In this document: positions 9,429-21,590 of the stretch, one piece after another
Numbering within the stretch: position 1 is the first letter of the stretch
Layout of the letters: every line of letters starts with the position of its first letter
From: Veleropilina oligotropha
Taxonomy: Eukaryota
Assembly: GCA_048128005.1 (NCBI GenBank)
Contig: JBEUKZ010000088.1
Location: 1 to 64,000 of the forward strand
Reading direction: 5' to 3'
Length of the DNA: 64,000 nt
Position numbers and translations under genes: made by a program
The notes under the pieces: model-generated
Told to the model about the DNA's origin: nothing
Seen by the model: the letters and a program-made list of their open reading frames with translations, nothing else
The model's database searches: none

Positions 9429-11502
9429 GGTCCTTCATATCTGCCGCTCTCTTGTCGACAAACTCCGAAAAGTTGTCGCCAAAAAGAGTGGTAGCCGAGC
9501 AAGGCACGCATCGCAACGAGCGCCGGGTGGCCTCGTCTAGCGAGGTGCCTTCCAGGCAAGCGTCCCTACGAAGTAGGAGCGCATTGCCCAGGACACGTCC
9601 CGTCTCCAACGCACTGGTCTCCTGTGCGGCAGCAACCTCCTGGAGGAAGGACAGGGCAGCCTCGTGGGCGCCGGGTCCATCCTCCTGTAGTACGGCTATC
9701 GCACCGTCCAGGAAAAAATCCTGTACGGACGACAGCCGTAGAGCCCGTCGGGCGGCGCTCTCGAAAGATTCCAAGGCGGACCAAGGAACTTTCGCCACGG
9801 AGGGAGTGTGACTGGCGGTCAGTCGACGCAACGAAGCGTCGACACGAGCCGGGTCAGTCGCTAGGCACGGACCAGTACAGGCGAACGGGATCGCTCGCGA
9901 ACTGGCCCGGAGGTACCTCCCACTACGGAACCCCGAAGGGAACTCGTTCAGCGGGGAGGACTCCACCGGATTGCGCCCCTGAATGAGCTTGGTGATCGAG
10001 TCGACGACAAGATCAACCAACCCAGACTGAGGTAAGGAGGGGAGCTCGGGGGCTTCCCTCGCAACAAACCGATGTGCTGCCGTCCTGTGTTTGACAATGT
10101 CTACGGCCGACCGAGTCGGTTCCGACAAGCCAAGCACCCCGCGAAGTGACGCAACGGCGTCGAGCCTTCGGCGGGTGGAGGAGGTCGGCTCCTGCGCGCC
10201 CGAAAGACTAGCGTCTTCGGGCCCGACCGATTCAGGGAGGTCGGAGTGACGTGAATCGAGGTCCTCGTCGGAACGAGGGTCGATCTCCATCACGGAGGCA
10301 GGAGCCGTGCTCTGCGCCATGGGCAGATGTGTAGGTACCAGGCGCGGCTGGGGAGCCGTCGGCCAGGCCTTACACTGTTCCTCGATACCCGCCGCAATCC
10401 ATGCCTGGACGTTCTCCAAAGAGAAACCCGGAGGCAGGACGGACGGTGAACTAACAGCCGGTAGTTCAGCCGAGGAAACCGTGGCGCAAGGTAGACGGGC
10501 TGCACGGACAGGTGGGGCCGAGGACCAGGGTCCAAGGGCACTTGTCGAGGGGTCGAACCCGAAGGGCTGGCCCGAAGGCGCAGTCGGTGGGCCGGACGAC
10601 CGATAGAACTGCGGCAACAGTTCAGATCGGTCTACCACTCTGCTCGGTCGAGGCACGGTCGGAAAACCGCCGTAGAACCCCGTCCCGAACGCAGCCGGTC
10701 TGTCCACGTTCTCTAGCGTGACCATCGTGGGTGCACGGGAAAGAACGGGCCCTCTGAATATCTCGTGAGCTTCGAGGTTGAGCGGAAAACCCCTAGGGGA
10801 AGTCGCGTCGGTCTCGATCGAGGATCCAGGTGTCGCCGATTGTCCGGGTCTTAGACCTACAAGTAGGTGCCCGGCCTCTTTAAAGGCTTTCTCTGCAATG
10901 AGTCTGTCACCGTAGGAAGACGGTGAGTTTCCCGCAGAAGGACTAACTGTCCCCTTATTCTTCGAGGCTGAAGAAAAGGTAGGGGATTGTCTGCCCTGTT
11001 CAGCGGTTCGCTGCGCTGCCAGATATACCTTGCTAGCCGGCAAGGTATGGTTGGCTGCAGTTACTTGGCCCGTTAAAGGAGGAACGGTCGGCACTCGGGC
11101 CGGTACCTGAATCTGGGGTCCCGGCAGGGTTTCGGTGACTCCCCCAAGAGTCGCGGAGGTTTCGCCGGGTGCCGTTCCGGCGACAGCTGGCCCCTTAGGT
11201 CTGCTGGCGTCCATTAGCGTCCCTGAATCAGAGAAAGAAGAAACGTTATCCCTTACGGAACCCCTAAGGGAACTCGTTAACTTACTCGCCTCTTCCTGAC
11301 CCTGGTCCGGGGGAGGACCCGCCGTGGCAGTCGCCCTGGTCGACTTACCCTGGTGGGAGAGAACAGCCCACTGCTTATCTGATAAAAGAAGGCACAGATC
11401 ACATTGAAGTTTTAAACTACAAGTACGGTGAACACGGCATTCCTTGTGCTTATCAAATCCGTGTATTTTCTGGTTACACCCGGAGCTACTGCACCGGACC
11501 AT
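9220..11502 (-). CDS. DIRS gag-like ORF1 (760 aa from the first ATG)
   Basis: N-terminal Cys/His finger (C..SGC....HGFDKHKECRVHRTC....CDLC), Pro/Ser-rich middle, helical DIRS-gag segment (NALLLRRDACL...LFG) and basic C-terminus. Confidence 0.88.
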   Translation of the reverse strand: MVRCSSSGCNQKIHGFDKHKECRVHRTCSLKLQCDLCLLLSDKQWAVLSHQGKSTRATATAGPPPDQGQEEASKLTSSLRGSVRDNVSSFSDSGTLMDASRPKGPAVAGTAPGETSATLGGVTETLPGPQIQVPARVPTVPPLTGQVTAANHTLPASKVYLAAQRTAEQGRQSPTFSSASKNKGTVSPSAGNSPSSYGDRLIAEKAFKEAGHLLVGLRPGQSATPGSSIETDATSPRGFPLNLEAHEIFRGPVLSRAPTMVTLENVDRPAAFGTGFYGGFPTVPRPSRVVDRSELLPQFYRSSGPPTAPSGQPFGFDPSTSALGPWSSAPPVRAARLPCATVSSAELPAVSSPSVLPPGFSLENVQAWIAAGIEEQCKAWPTAPQPRLVPTHLPMAQSTAPASVMEIDPRSDEDLDSRHSDLPESVGPEDASLSGAQEPTSSTRRRLDAVASLRGVLGLSEPTRSAVDIVKHRTAAHRFVAREAPELPSLPQSGLVDLVVDSITKLIQGRNPVESSPLNEFPSGFRSGRYLRASSRAIPFACTGPCLATDPARVDASLRRLTASHTPSVAKVPWSALESFESAARRALRLSSVQDFFLDGAIAVLQEDGPGAHEAALSFLQEVAAAQETSALETGRVLGNALLLRRDACLEGTSLDEATRRSLRCVPCSATTLFGDNFSEFVDKRAADMKDRAIEKAVLHPTRGPPAGSKKRSGPTPAPKPSKRAKPSSGGRPPAVKPTPKKPAPPAKSRKQSGRGKPRP

Positions 11503-12274
11503 AGCTGAATACACGGGAGGCAGGGAGTGGGTGTATGGGGTAGATAAATAGGTATATATAAGGTAGTGTGACTATGTTACTACGACAACTTCCTTTTAAA
11601 TTGCCCTGATCTGAAGATCAAAGATCAGCGATATACCGCCAAAAAACCCCGAACTGGGATCACCGAGATCGGGTAATTACCCGACGCGACCCGGAAAAAC
11701 CCGGCAAATGAACTAAAACAAAAGGGGGTTTGCTCTTAGAACAAACCGCCCAGAAAAACACCTGAAAAACCTCGCGGATGTTTTTATGTTAGTACAATGG
11801 CGTATTATCCCAGAAACGGCAGGATATCAGAATAACTTAAAGGAATATCAGAACAGTCCTGCCTATTAACGACGCTAGAAATTTTACACAAAAATAACCA
11901 GCAATAGCGTCGTTAAGGAATTATCCAATATAATGAGTTACCTGTTTGCAGTCTCAAACAATATCAGATAATAATACCGACCAGAAACTTCTTCTAATTA
12001 CGAATTTTCCCCTCTAGGCGGCCATGCTTTTCCCTGCAACAGCGGCGATGTCGGTTTCAGGTGACTTTTAGAACTCGAATCTTCAAATCAGCTCGATCAA
12101 CACTATTCACATGTGTTTATAATATCCACAACACAGGGTTATAATCCTTCACAACTTATTATAAAGTTGTTAAATTAATAGCCCTCGATCTTAACGCATT
12201 AGCGTCTGAAAAATCGAAGACAAAGTCGAAAGATTTGCGGAGCAAAAAAAACACGTCTTTCCGTTTTCGCGGAA

Positions 12275-12477
12275 AACTTTGAATTGAGGTCTTGTGACTT
12301 CGATGCTTCGGAAGTCTCGCGAGACTTGGCGAGATCTCGCTGGGGGAACTTAGGAGAGCGGGAGCAGGGGAGGTGATCGTGGTACGTTTTGACTTATAAA
12401 GAGTGCATAATGTGACTTATTCACTGTTTCCGGTTAGCGATAATATTACTATTATGGCAAGAGTAAGGACGTAAGTA
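12275..12477. repeat. DIRS 5' inverted terminal repeat (203 bp)
   Basis: Reverse complement of 5051-5253. Confidence 0.95.
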
Positions 12478-13323
12478 AGTTTGTAACTACATATGTTTCA
12501 AAGTGAATCAAGGGGCATAACTCCTTAATGGAAATTCGGAATGTTACCGTAATCGAACTTGAATTAGCTATTACGATCATACATGGGAATACCAAATTTC
12601 ATTTAAATCCATGAAGGCATTCTAAAGTCATAGCCCGGAAATGAAGTTCGGACGGACGGACGGACGTGTGCAACACTATATGCCCCCAAACTTCGTTTAG
12701 GGGGGCATAACAAACAAACTGTGATTTGTAACTGAACATAGAATGTCATTGCATAGGTATTAACCTCCCTGATATCGTGTGGGTCAGACCCGCATTTTTT
12801 ACTCATGACCCGCACACCCGCAACAGGCCTAGAATGACCTGCAAAACGAAAAAAATATATTTTGCTCATTTTCATGTCAATGATTCAGTCATAGAAATGA
12901 TTAAAATCACTCACAGGGGCATGTAATGCTGCTTATCGTTCGTCTGTTTCCATTTGATGATTAGCGCAGTTCATTGTTACTATATAATATAGGCAAGGGA
13001 GGCCACTAAGGATGGGACACATGCTTCAGCATCCCGACATTTCACTGAATTATGTTTGTTCGAATATTGACCAATGACCAGCGTGTGCTGCTCTGTATTC
13101 GATAACATGACGAATAAATTGCAAATTACGCGTATTTAACACTCGGCGTTGACACTATCGATAACTAGGTTGTTCAACAAAAAATACATTTATGAAATTT
13201 AAACAAACGATTATAGCAAAACCTCTGAAAAAACTCCCCCAAAACCACTTTGAAATCTCCCCCAACAATTGCTAATCTCCCCCAATTTTACATATGATCT
13301 CCAGAAGCAAAGTAATGCTTCAC

Positions 13324-13435
13324 CTGCAATGAAGTGAGGTCTTTAGCTTCCCAATCACCACAACGAATTTGACGATCTTTGTTCATCTCAACATGCAGGA
13401 TGTTCTGGGCTAGCCCCTTCAGACTCACGCTTCTG
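13324..13435 (-). CDS. EXD2: EXD2 coding exon
   Basis: 112-nt exon, phase 2 to 0, encoding (C)RSVSLKGLAQNILHVEMNKDRQIRCGDWEAKDLTSLQ; WRN/EXD2-type SLK.LA...RC..W...LT..Q motif. Confidence 0.93.
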
Positions 13436-13629
13436 CTGAAATAGAAAAATATGTAGTATTATTGTGTAAAATGCAATTATTACTTAGAAAGTCAAGGAAA
13501 TGTTATCAAACATGATATATATTCCGATCAGGATAAATATCTAGATTAGTATTATATATATATATATCTCAATCGGGGTAAACATGTATATCTTTCAATT
13601 GCAAGTACTTTTGTAAGTATAACTCTTAC

Positions 13630-13755
13630 CATGAATCCAGCCCTCGGACTCTGGTCACCATATGGCGGAGGTCAACGCAACCTTGTACGGATAGACCATA
13701 ATCTCGGAACAGTTTCCGCGCATCATCGTGAACTGCTACGCCAACTTTCAGTATG
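13630..13755 (-). CDS. EXD2: EXD2 coding exon (ExoII region)
   Basis: 126-nt exon, phase 2 to 2, encoding (S)ILKVGVAVHDDARKLFRDYGLSVQGCVDLRHMVTRVRGLDS; KVGV...D..KL..DYG....GC.DL motif. Confidence 0.93.
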
Positions 13756-15246
13756 CTATAAAAATAGAATAACATAATTTCAAAGAAAGAATTGTCAGAA
13801 ATAAACTTAGTCTTATATTGTATACATACTAACCATTATCATTATTGGCAAAAAGCATTGTTTTTTTCTATTTATTGTTTCATTTTAACTCTTTAGCAGC
13901 GAATCGGGTAAAAAAATAAATATACATTAGACCTTATGAATATTTAGTAGCCATGACGCCCATACTATTTCCTGACATGCATACATGCGCAGAGTATTTA
14001 CTATCGAAGAAAAATCGGTCAAAAACTGTTGTTTACTACCAAGATTTACATTGTTTATCAAGTATAAAGATTAGTATTTACGTTTGGACATCAGTATATG
14101 GAAGCAGGAACGTATCGCAATGTATATCGTTACTTTTACATAATGAATAGCTGTGAAATGCAATGCCGAAGGGTGAATTATGTTACTAGAAGACCACATG
14201 TCGAAGAATGAGGTCAGCCAGCATAGGTCAACACGACAGCACTGGTCAATGGATTGACCATCAATGCCACGCTCCGTACATTGATCAGCTGATATCGATG
14301 TTTACTTTTCGGTTAATAATTACATAACAAAGAAGATGGTAAATATATTTGATTACACAATAAATGTTTATAGACTACTTACGAACTGCTAATACATGTA
14401 GCATTTGATTGAACACTGGTATTTACAAGCAATGTTTGTGTTTCTGTACTTGACCTCTTTTGCATGACGTCATTGATATGGAAATGTACCTCTGTTTGAC
14501 ACTTGACAACAACGTTATAATAAGTATAATTTCTAAATTAGTTATTTTATTGCATGTGAATATATAATAGAAAAGTTATATTTATAATATTTATTTATAA
14601 ATATATAAATATATATACACACACACACACACATGTATATACAATGACACACATATATGCATGCACATTCATGTGCACGCACACACATATGTGCACACGT
14701 ACATGCATTTATAACTAACAAGTAATATTATATTATTCTATAAACGATAAACATTCCTATTCTGAATGACCTAATGTTTCTATAATTTTATTACAGCCTG
14801 ACCTGAGGAATGCAAGCTGGGTTCGAGTGTACCCACCCCCTAAAAAAAAATCTCAATTTTTTGGTATATAGTGTTTTTCATATTTCAAAAGTAAAAATAG
14901 AAATAATTGGTTTACACCTTAGATTTTTTTTATATAATTCAATTTATGGACAAGCATGGTTATTATTACCAAATATTGTTCCACATGTTATCTGTAAATT
15001 TGTAATATGACACATATCTAAAATTAAAACATTTCTGTGACGTCATCTATTGTTCTGGGCAGTTGTTTATTCTGCCTATTCAATCGAAGAACAAAGCTTT
15101 GTTGGCCCAGCCGTTGAATAGTTTCAAGGCATTCAACTAATACACGGCAATTAAGACTCATTCAACTAATGCACTCCAATTAACTACAATAGAGGTACCT
15201 GGTGGGGAATGAGGCTATTGTTCAATGGTGAAATGTTTTAAGTGAC

Positions 15247-15358
15247 ATAAACTACTCAATAGCATTGAATAGTTCAGAGAAAACACTCCTGTCGAGGGCC
15301 GCGAGGCCCTCGACAGGAGTGTTTTCTCTGAACTATTCAACGCTATCGAGTAGTTTAT
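15247..15358. repeat. Near-perfect 112-bp palindrome (hairpin MITE-like; a similar, looser one at about 56531-56623)
   Basis: ataaactactc..ttgaatagttcagagaaaacactcctgtcgagggcc-gcga-ggccctcgacaggagtgttttctctgaactattcaa..gagtagtttat. Confidence 0.85.
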
Positions 15359-16123
15359 CCCATACATATATATTTTTTTAATTTTTTTTAATTGTTATTT
15401 ATGAGCCACCCTGTAAAAATATGATGTAACAATGTGACCATTACACAACATTACTTTGAAGATCATTCTATAATCTTTCATGTGATATATAGTTTGTATG
15501 GGTTGTGGGCAGGAATATGTGTCATATAGTACATCTACAAATGTCCTATGACAAACTAAAGGTTTTTCCCAATTAAATTCAGCTGCTAAAGAGTTAACAT
15601 CTATGGTTGAACATCCATACCAGAACACTGTGGGATGAATGGCAGCATTAATGTATTCACTGAAACCCACCTGCCCTGGATAGTTATGGACAACTTTTAC
15701 TGTTAACTCTGGTACATTTTAGTGAATTTAGTGAATTTTCATGCATGGCCACAGGGGCAATGGGGAGGGTTAGGGTTAGGGTTCATTATTATCAGATTAT
15801 GGATGGATGAATTGATGTTTAGCGATGACGCCAACAGTATTTCAGTCATAAATAGGGTCAATCAGCTTTGAATGACGAAGTGAATTGGTGATGGGTGCAA
15901 TGGAGACAACGATCATGGGGAAAAATCCCCAGTCAGAACTCCCGGTGTTTGATTCAAAGATCCTCAGATTCGTAGATTAGCACTGTATGGTCTCGTCCAT
16001 GCTGCCCCCCTACCAGATAATGACTAAAAATGATAAGTTATAATTAAGTACCTATGCAAGTTATTAGTTATTATTACTAAGAAATAGTGGGCCATGCTTA
16101 ATAATTTGCAAATGATCACCAAC

Positions 16124-16281
16124 CTACGATCAGCCAGGAATGTTTTCAGCGTAGCTGGTATCGTTTGCGTCATGTGACATATTCCTACAATAAGACAGAG
16201 ACCACTGTGCGTGGCGATTTGAATAACGGCCACTGGATGCCGCCTCCCATTACACACCCATTCACAATCAAAACCAACAAC
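16124..16281 (-). CDS. EXD2: EXD2 coding exon (ExoI DxE motif)
   Basis: 158-nt exon encoding VVGFDCEWVCNGRRHPVAVIQIATHSGLCLIVGICHMTQTIPATLKTFLADR; catalytic GxDCEW motif; ttttcag acceptor and GT donor. Confidence 0.93.
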
Positions 16282-16827
16282 CTGAAAAAGACCAAGTTTA
16301 GTTTAATTGCAAATGATTTGATTTTAATCGTTTAATTTTACGACCAAATTTCAACCATTTTCAAATATATATTGTAGTCGGAACTTTTGCAGGATTAACT
16401 ACATGTACTGGTTATAAATCATCCATTTTCAATTAGTTTATGGAACTCGCAACCAATCATCCCACATTTTGTTCTGATTCTCTACCAGTTGTCTACTAAT
16501 GCAGATTCTCACCTACCGTTACGCATACTTTGTACAACTACTTACAATATCTCATAATAAGAAATTTTCAGCAACAAGACACAATACGAGATACAGGGGG
16601 AACAATTTTGATAAATAATATTGTATATCCTTTTAATACGGTGGTGGGCACTTGCTCAGGAATGTAAGATATGAATCAATTTGGCTTCATGGCTACATTT
16701 TTTAAATTTTCAATCGCCATCTTCATTGCGCACATCTTCATTTCAGCAATAAAATTGTATCAACCTAATTGTGCAATAAAACTTTCTGGTGTGGTGGTTA
16801 ATCATATATTGATCTATCCATTCTTCT

Positions 16828-17030
16828 GTAACAAGTAGTATATGTACCTGTAACTAGTAGTATATGTACCTGTAACTAGTAGTATATGTACCTGTAACTA
16901 GTAGTATATGTACCTGTAACTAGTAGTATATGTACTTGTAACTAGTAGTATATGTACCTGTAACTAGTAGTATATATACCTGTAACTAGTAGTATATGTA
17001 CCTGTAACTAGTAGTATATGTACCTGTAAC
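16828..17030. repeat. 22-bp minisatellite, about 9 copies
   Basis: Unit gtaactagtagtatatgtacct. Confidence 0.95.
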
Positions 17031-17068
17031 CATTTACATTTATTGTCCACATCACACACTATACATAC

Positions 17069-17229
17069 TCTGACCGTAGCCGTGTTCTTCACCAGGTCAG
17101 AATAAGACTCCTCCCATTGGTCGGGAGTCTGGATGACTCGGATGTCATGGAAACGGCGTCCCAATGAGAAACGCTTTGATTGATACTTCCTCGTTTGCCA
17201 CCATTTTCCAATAATGTATGAAGTGATGC
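17069..17229 (-). CDS. EXD2: EXD2 N-terminal coding exon (needs an upstream phase-1 exon carrying the ATG)
   Basis: 161-nt exon with a polypyrimidine/AG acceptor and GTATGT donor. The frame (G)ITSYIIGKWWQTRKYQSK...VIQTPDQWEESYSDLVKNTATVR joins the DxE exon in phase 0. Confidence 0.8.
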
Positions 17230-17924
17230 CTAAAACAAAAAAATCAAATACTAATTATATTTATAAGTCAATGGATAATAGATTAATACAAAATAAAATT
17301 TATTATCGCTGCTTTTACATAGATTCCAATTATAAATGTTTTTAAGTATAACCCAGGCATTATACCATGAATCCAGCCCCATGTATTTTAGGGGTAGATA
17401 ACAGGTCTAGTTTGGGTACGATCCTCAGACGCTTGGGCAAGGAAATAAGCATATATGTGCCACAGTTCACATAACCGATATGAATATGCAAATTATTATG
17501 ATTACGCTATCCAATTAAACAGAATGCTCTCACAAAGAGATGGAATAAAATCTTGTGTGCATAACCAGGAAAGTATCTTATGGTGTGTTTCGATTCATTG
17601 TCACAAATGTGTTGGAAATGATTATGTATCATATATTATCTCGCCAGGTGTCTATGAGTTAGCAAACACAAATACACATGGTACATTACCATAGAATACG
17701 CGCTAAGATAGAATGGCACTATAATTAATAAAGCAAAATGTCAATGACGAAATAATAAAATAGGCTATATTTAATTAGGCCTAAATATTATAAGCTTTGT
17801 TTATTATTTTTCATTTTATGAGATTTCTGCACATGCACAGCCTCATTTTCCTGAATATATAATCAAAACAGATAAAGTGTTGTCTCGATTTTTATCACTT
17901 CACCAAGTCAATGTATTTTCTTAA

Positions 17925-20900
17925 AGAGACTATTGCCCGTAGGTAAATGCGCTCTTTTCGTGACTGTGTAGCATGACTGATCACCCCGTATACAGATGAC
18001 GTCATGCAATCCCATAATTATTACAGCGACGCCATTGCTCTGGGAAAGGAATAACACGAGGGATATAAGATTACAGTATAAATCGATAGAATTATATGGA
18101 AATAAAGATAGATGGAAATACACGGAAGTGTTGTGACGCTACTTTCAATATATTAAATATATATTGTCGTTTGGGTTCGATTTGGTTTAGTTCATACAAC
18201 AACAGCAGAGCCTTCGTCATTTAAATTAAATATTAAACTGGTCCAATTTTAGGCTATTAATAGTATTATTGTATTTGCATCTTAGGCTTATACCTTATAT
18301 TTCACTTGAGTCATACAATTAGCCTTAATTATAAATACCTTTTGTTCTCAAGTTATTTAAGTGTCAACGATGTCAATAGCGCTGTACATCCATCGAATAT
18401 AAACAACAGACCGCCCATCAAAACCTGATATATCGATTCACATTGACTTTATAACACGTATAGTCACCAAAGGTAGTCCCTTTGATTGTGCATGCAAATG
18501 TTATCCATTGTAAAGTGAAAACAATTTTCGAATTCCGAGTGTATTACGGTATTTAATGCGAAATTTATTTTATATGTGCCCTTGGCTTGTGCACATGGTG
18601 AGTAGGCTACTGCTAGGGAACAAAATGATACGCTCATTGATACAGAGCGCTTTAGACTTTCCAAACATGTGCGACACGTTACGTTAATAACAGATTTGCG
18701 CACAAAAGGAAAATAAAATAATAAAAGCTTAAACGTGTTACTATTGGAAATGTAGACCCACTACAAATAGTTTGTTTAATTTTGCCGTGTCAGACGTTAG
18801 AGCAAGAACTAGATTTTATTGCGGAACGTTCAAATTGCACAAGCTGGATTTTCCGTCAAATGATTTTGAAGATGTGTTTACAAGAAACAATGAGTCTACC
18901 ACACATAAAATGTTATCAGCTTGGCAATAACATCCTGTTCTCTCAATTGGATTATCAACCAACAAGACAATAACCATCGAAATATAACAATTAGCACTGC
19001 ACTATGGTACTAAATAATGAACGACGTGCGATGTACGCGCTCTTTGCATGACTTTCAAGTCGGAGATACATTCAATTATCCATCGGTAAAATGATAAAAA
19101 GTATGTACCGGTACTATAATTAATAGGCCTACTATATTTAGTAATTTACATACGATAATTTAAATAATGATATGCATTTAAACGTAGGGACCAATTAACT
19201 GAAGCCCGTCTACAACTAAACAGCAGTTTATTAAAATACATATTTGCTTTCTTTATTCACCGCCGTTTAAATTGTTTTCTCGATTTGCGGTTGCGACATC
19301 TTTAACTCAATTCGTGAATATTCAAACATTAACTGCATGGTCTTTCACATGTAATTAACCGAACTCATATGTTATTGATATCTAGAGATATTTAAATATT
19401 GTTCGGTATTCATTTGATTGACTACGGAGATAGCTTGCCCAGAGTTATGGCGGACGACTGGCGAACACGTGGCTTTGGTCACGTGTCTGCAACCATGTAT
19501 TGCACGGTTCGCGCAGATTGATACAAATTTCGCGAAGATATGATCGATATATGATCAATTGATAGACTTTTATTAGGGCTTCAAGCTCTTTCAAGCTTGA
19601 AGCCCTATTGAAATTGTACCGGTTTTTATTCTTATTTTGACGTTTTTTTGTGGGCACTTTAGCGCGAAAACGGCTATAGCTACAGCTTTCAAAATTCATG
19701 TGTGCTTGGGCACATCATTGAAGCATTGCCTCGTTCTATTTTCAAGTTTCGGGATTTTATGCTTTGGTCGTAATCTTCAATTTTGTAAAAAAATATGACC
19801 TCTTTTCAAAAACGATATAAGTCTAACACGGCTTTCGAGATCGAGACAAAATCTTCAAAGGCATGATCTAGACTATTGAGACAACAATCTCCTGGAAATG
19901 AAATTTTCATTTTTTCAATGCTAAGATCGCTACGGGCATCCTAATCTTGACAAAATAAAAAATGACCTCTTTTCAAAAACGATATAAGTCTTACACGGCT
20001 TTCGAGATCGAGACAAAATCTTCAAAGGCATGATCTAGACTATTGAGACAACAATCTCTTGGTAATGAAATTTTCATTTTTTCAATGCTAAGATCGCTAC
20101 GGGCGTCCTAATCTTGACAAAATTTTGAAGTTTTTTCAATTTTTCATTTCTGCAGTATCTTTCAATGCACTCCACGAAATATTTCCAATCTTCCAGGGTG
20201 AGTGCGCATCGATATCAAGTAATGTTTGCCGCAAAATTTTAGCCAATAAATGCCATGGTTTCGTCGCAATCTTTGATTTTTTGAAAACATTAAAATGCGC
20301 TTTTCTCAGAACTGAGTAGCGTGATCTTATCGACACTTGGTAGTTTTGACAAAGCATTATATCGGTATATGTTGTTCTAATGGAATACTTTGTGAGACAA
20401 ATTAAAAAGGAGTTATGAAGACATTAAATTTAATATTAAATTGACTGTAACTTCTTTAATTTTCATTTATATGAAACGTGACGCAATTCATTTTATTCGT
20501 ATCGAAAATATCTAATGTAATATCTATAGAATACATCGCTAAAATGAGTTGCTTGAGAGTTATTAGACTTAGTTTTTTTAGATGAATATTGCTTCATAGC
20601 GCCTCTAAAAATCGTCCTTTTTCTTCCAGATTTTCGCATAAAATATACTATATAAAGATCGTTATATTAGAGAATTGTGACAAGAATACAATAAGTACTT
20701 TCATTGTTTAAAAAATACTATTTTAATTCCTCGTCTCATTTCGGTGCGACCAGCTCAGTGCTAATTGCCTTATCAGATGAAGTAGGCAGTTTATGAGCCT
20801 GTCTCTTTGAGGTGTCATAAAGCCGCGCGGCAACCCTGTCCAGTGGACAGCAAGGCCCTTGAGAAGTTCTGCTATCAGGCTTAAGTAAACATTTAGCCAA

Positions 20901-21590
20901 CAGAAGGCTACATGATTCATTAACTGTTAATATATGGTGAAAACATTGATATTCTGTTGGTCAGTCCAGTTGCGCATTCATTATTATAGATACTTCTTAA
21001 TTTCCATCATAGGTTAATGCACAAGATAATAGATTTCATAGCATCTAGGTTTCAAAATTTTCCGGCCCCCCTAGCACTTTCGGCGTAGAAATCTAAGATT
21101 GGCGGCATTCGATTCAGAGTGGCCATATGTATATCTTAAAATATAAAAAATATTTTTTTAAATTTAGTATTTTTTTGTAATTTTTTATTTTTTTTTTAAA
21201 TTAAACTTTTATTTTTTTGTATTTTACGTCTTTTTTTTATTTTGTTTATCTGATTGAAGCCCTCACAGCTGCTCGCAGCTTTAATTGAAATTATTATTGT
21301 AACTGGGCAATATATATTTAATTATTTTCAAGTAGAAAGCTATATTACTTGACGAGAATAAACCTACGAAACGGTGCTCCAACTAGGTCAATTTGAAATG
21401 CACTCGGTGCGAGGTAATTAAACGTGAACCGCGTTTAATTATTTATAAATATTCAGTAGCGATTCATTTAAACGGTAGCAAATTACTGACGAAAGTTGTG
21501 TTGAAAACTGTTTATGTTAAAAACAAAAAGTGTAATGCGGTTAGTTTTATTTTTAAATAAGAAAGAGCGCATTTACGGGCAATAGTCTCT
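17925..21590. mobile_element. Kolobok-like non-autonomous DNA transposon (TTAA TSD)
   Basis: ttaa|agagactattgcccgta..aatgcgctcttt ... aaagagcgcatttacgggcaatagtctct|ttaa; AG..CT termini. A solo copy of the right end lies at about 473-625. Confidence 0.8.
19570..21286 (-). mobile_element. Helentron/HINE-like element nested in the Kolobok-like element
   Basis: Terminal hairpin tagggcttcaagct..agcttgaagcccta, a second ttgaagccct at about 21255, and a 167-bp tandem duplication (19795 and 19962). Confidence 0.6.

Larger units (their letters stand above)
5014..12495 (-). mobile_element. Full-length DIRS1-like tyrosine-recombinase retrotransposon
   Basis: gag, RT/RNaseH/MT and YR ORFs; 203-bp inverted repeats; internal complementary region; ATG at both junctions; interrupts a 156-bp tandem-repeat unit that rejoins cleanly when the element is removed. 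Confidence 0.97.
4039..12710 (+). mobile_element. Non-autonomous Helentron/HINE-like element with a 156-bp tandem core (split by the DIRS insertion)
   Basis: aggggcataactcc recurs near 4565, 4721, 4877 and 12511. It ends in (CGGA)n plus the hairpin tatgccccc..gggggcataa. The left boundary is approximate. Confidence 0.65.

Noticed and set aside
6413..10721. Plus-strand ORFs within the DIRS element
   Set aside because: Antisense shadows of GC-rich coding sequence with no recognisable motifs.
15767..15783. Interstitial telomere (TTAGGG)
   Set aside because: Fewer than three units; not distinguishable from chance or a repeat tail.
16828..17030. Short tandem repeats here and at 2451, 28328 and 34037 as CRISPR arrays
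   Set aside because: Head-to-tail units with no unique spacers, no cas genes, and a eukaryotic context.
17345..17385. Third EXD2 exon copy (taccatgaatccagccc)
   Set aside because: Only about 17 nt match and no usable frame; too short to call.
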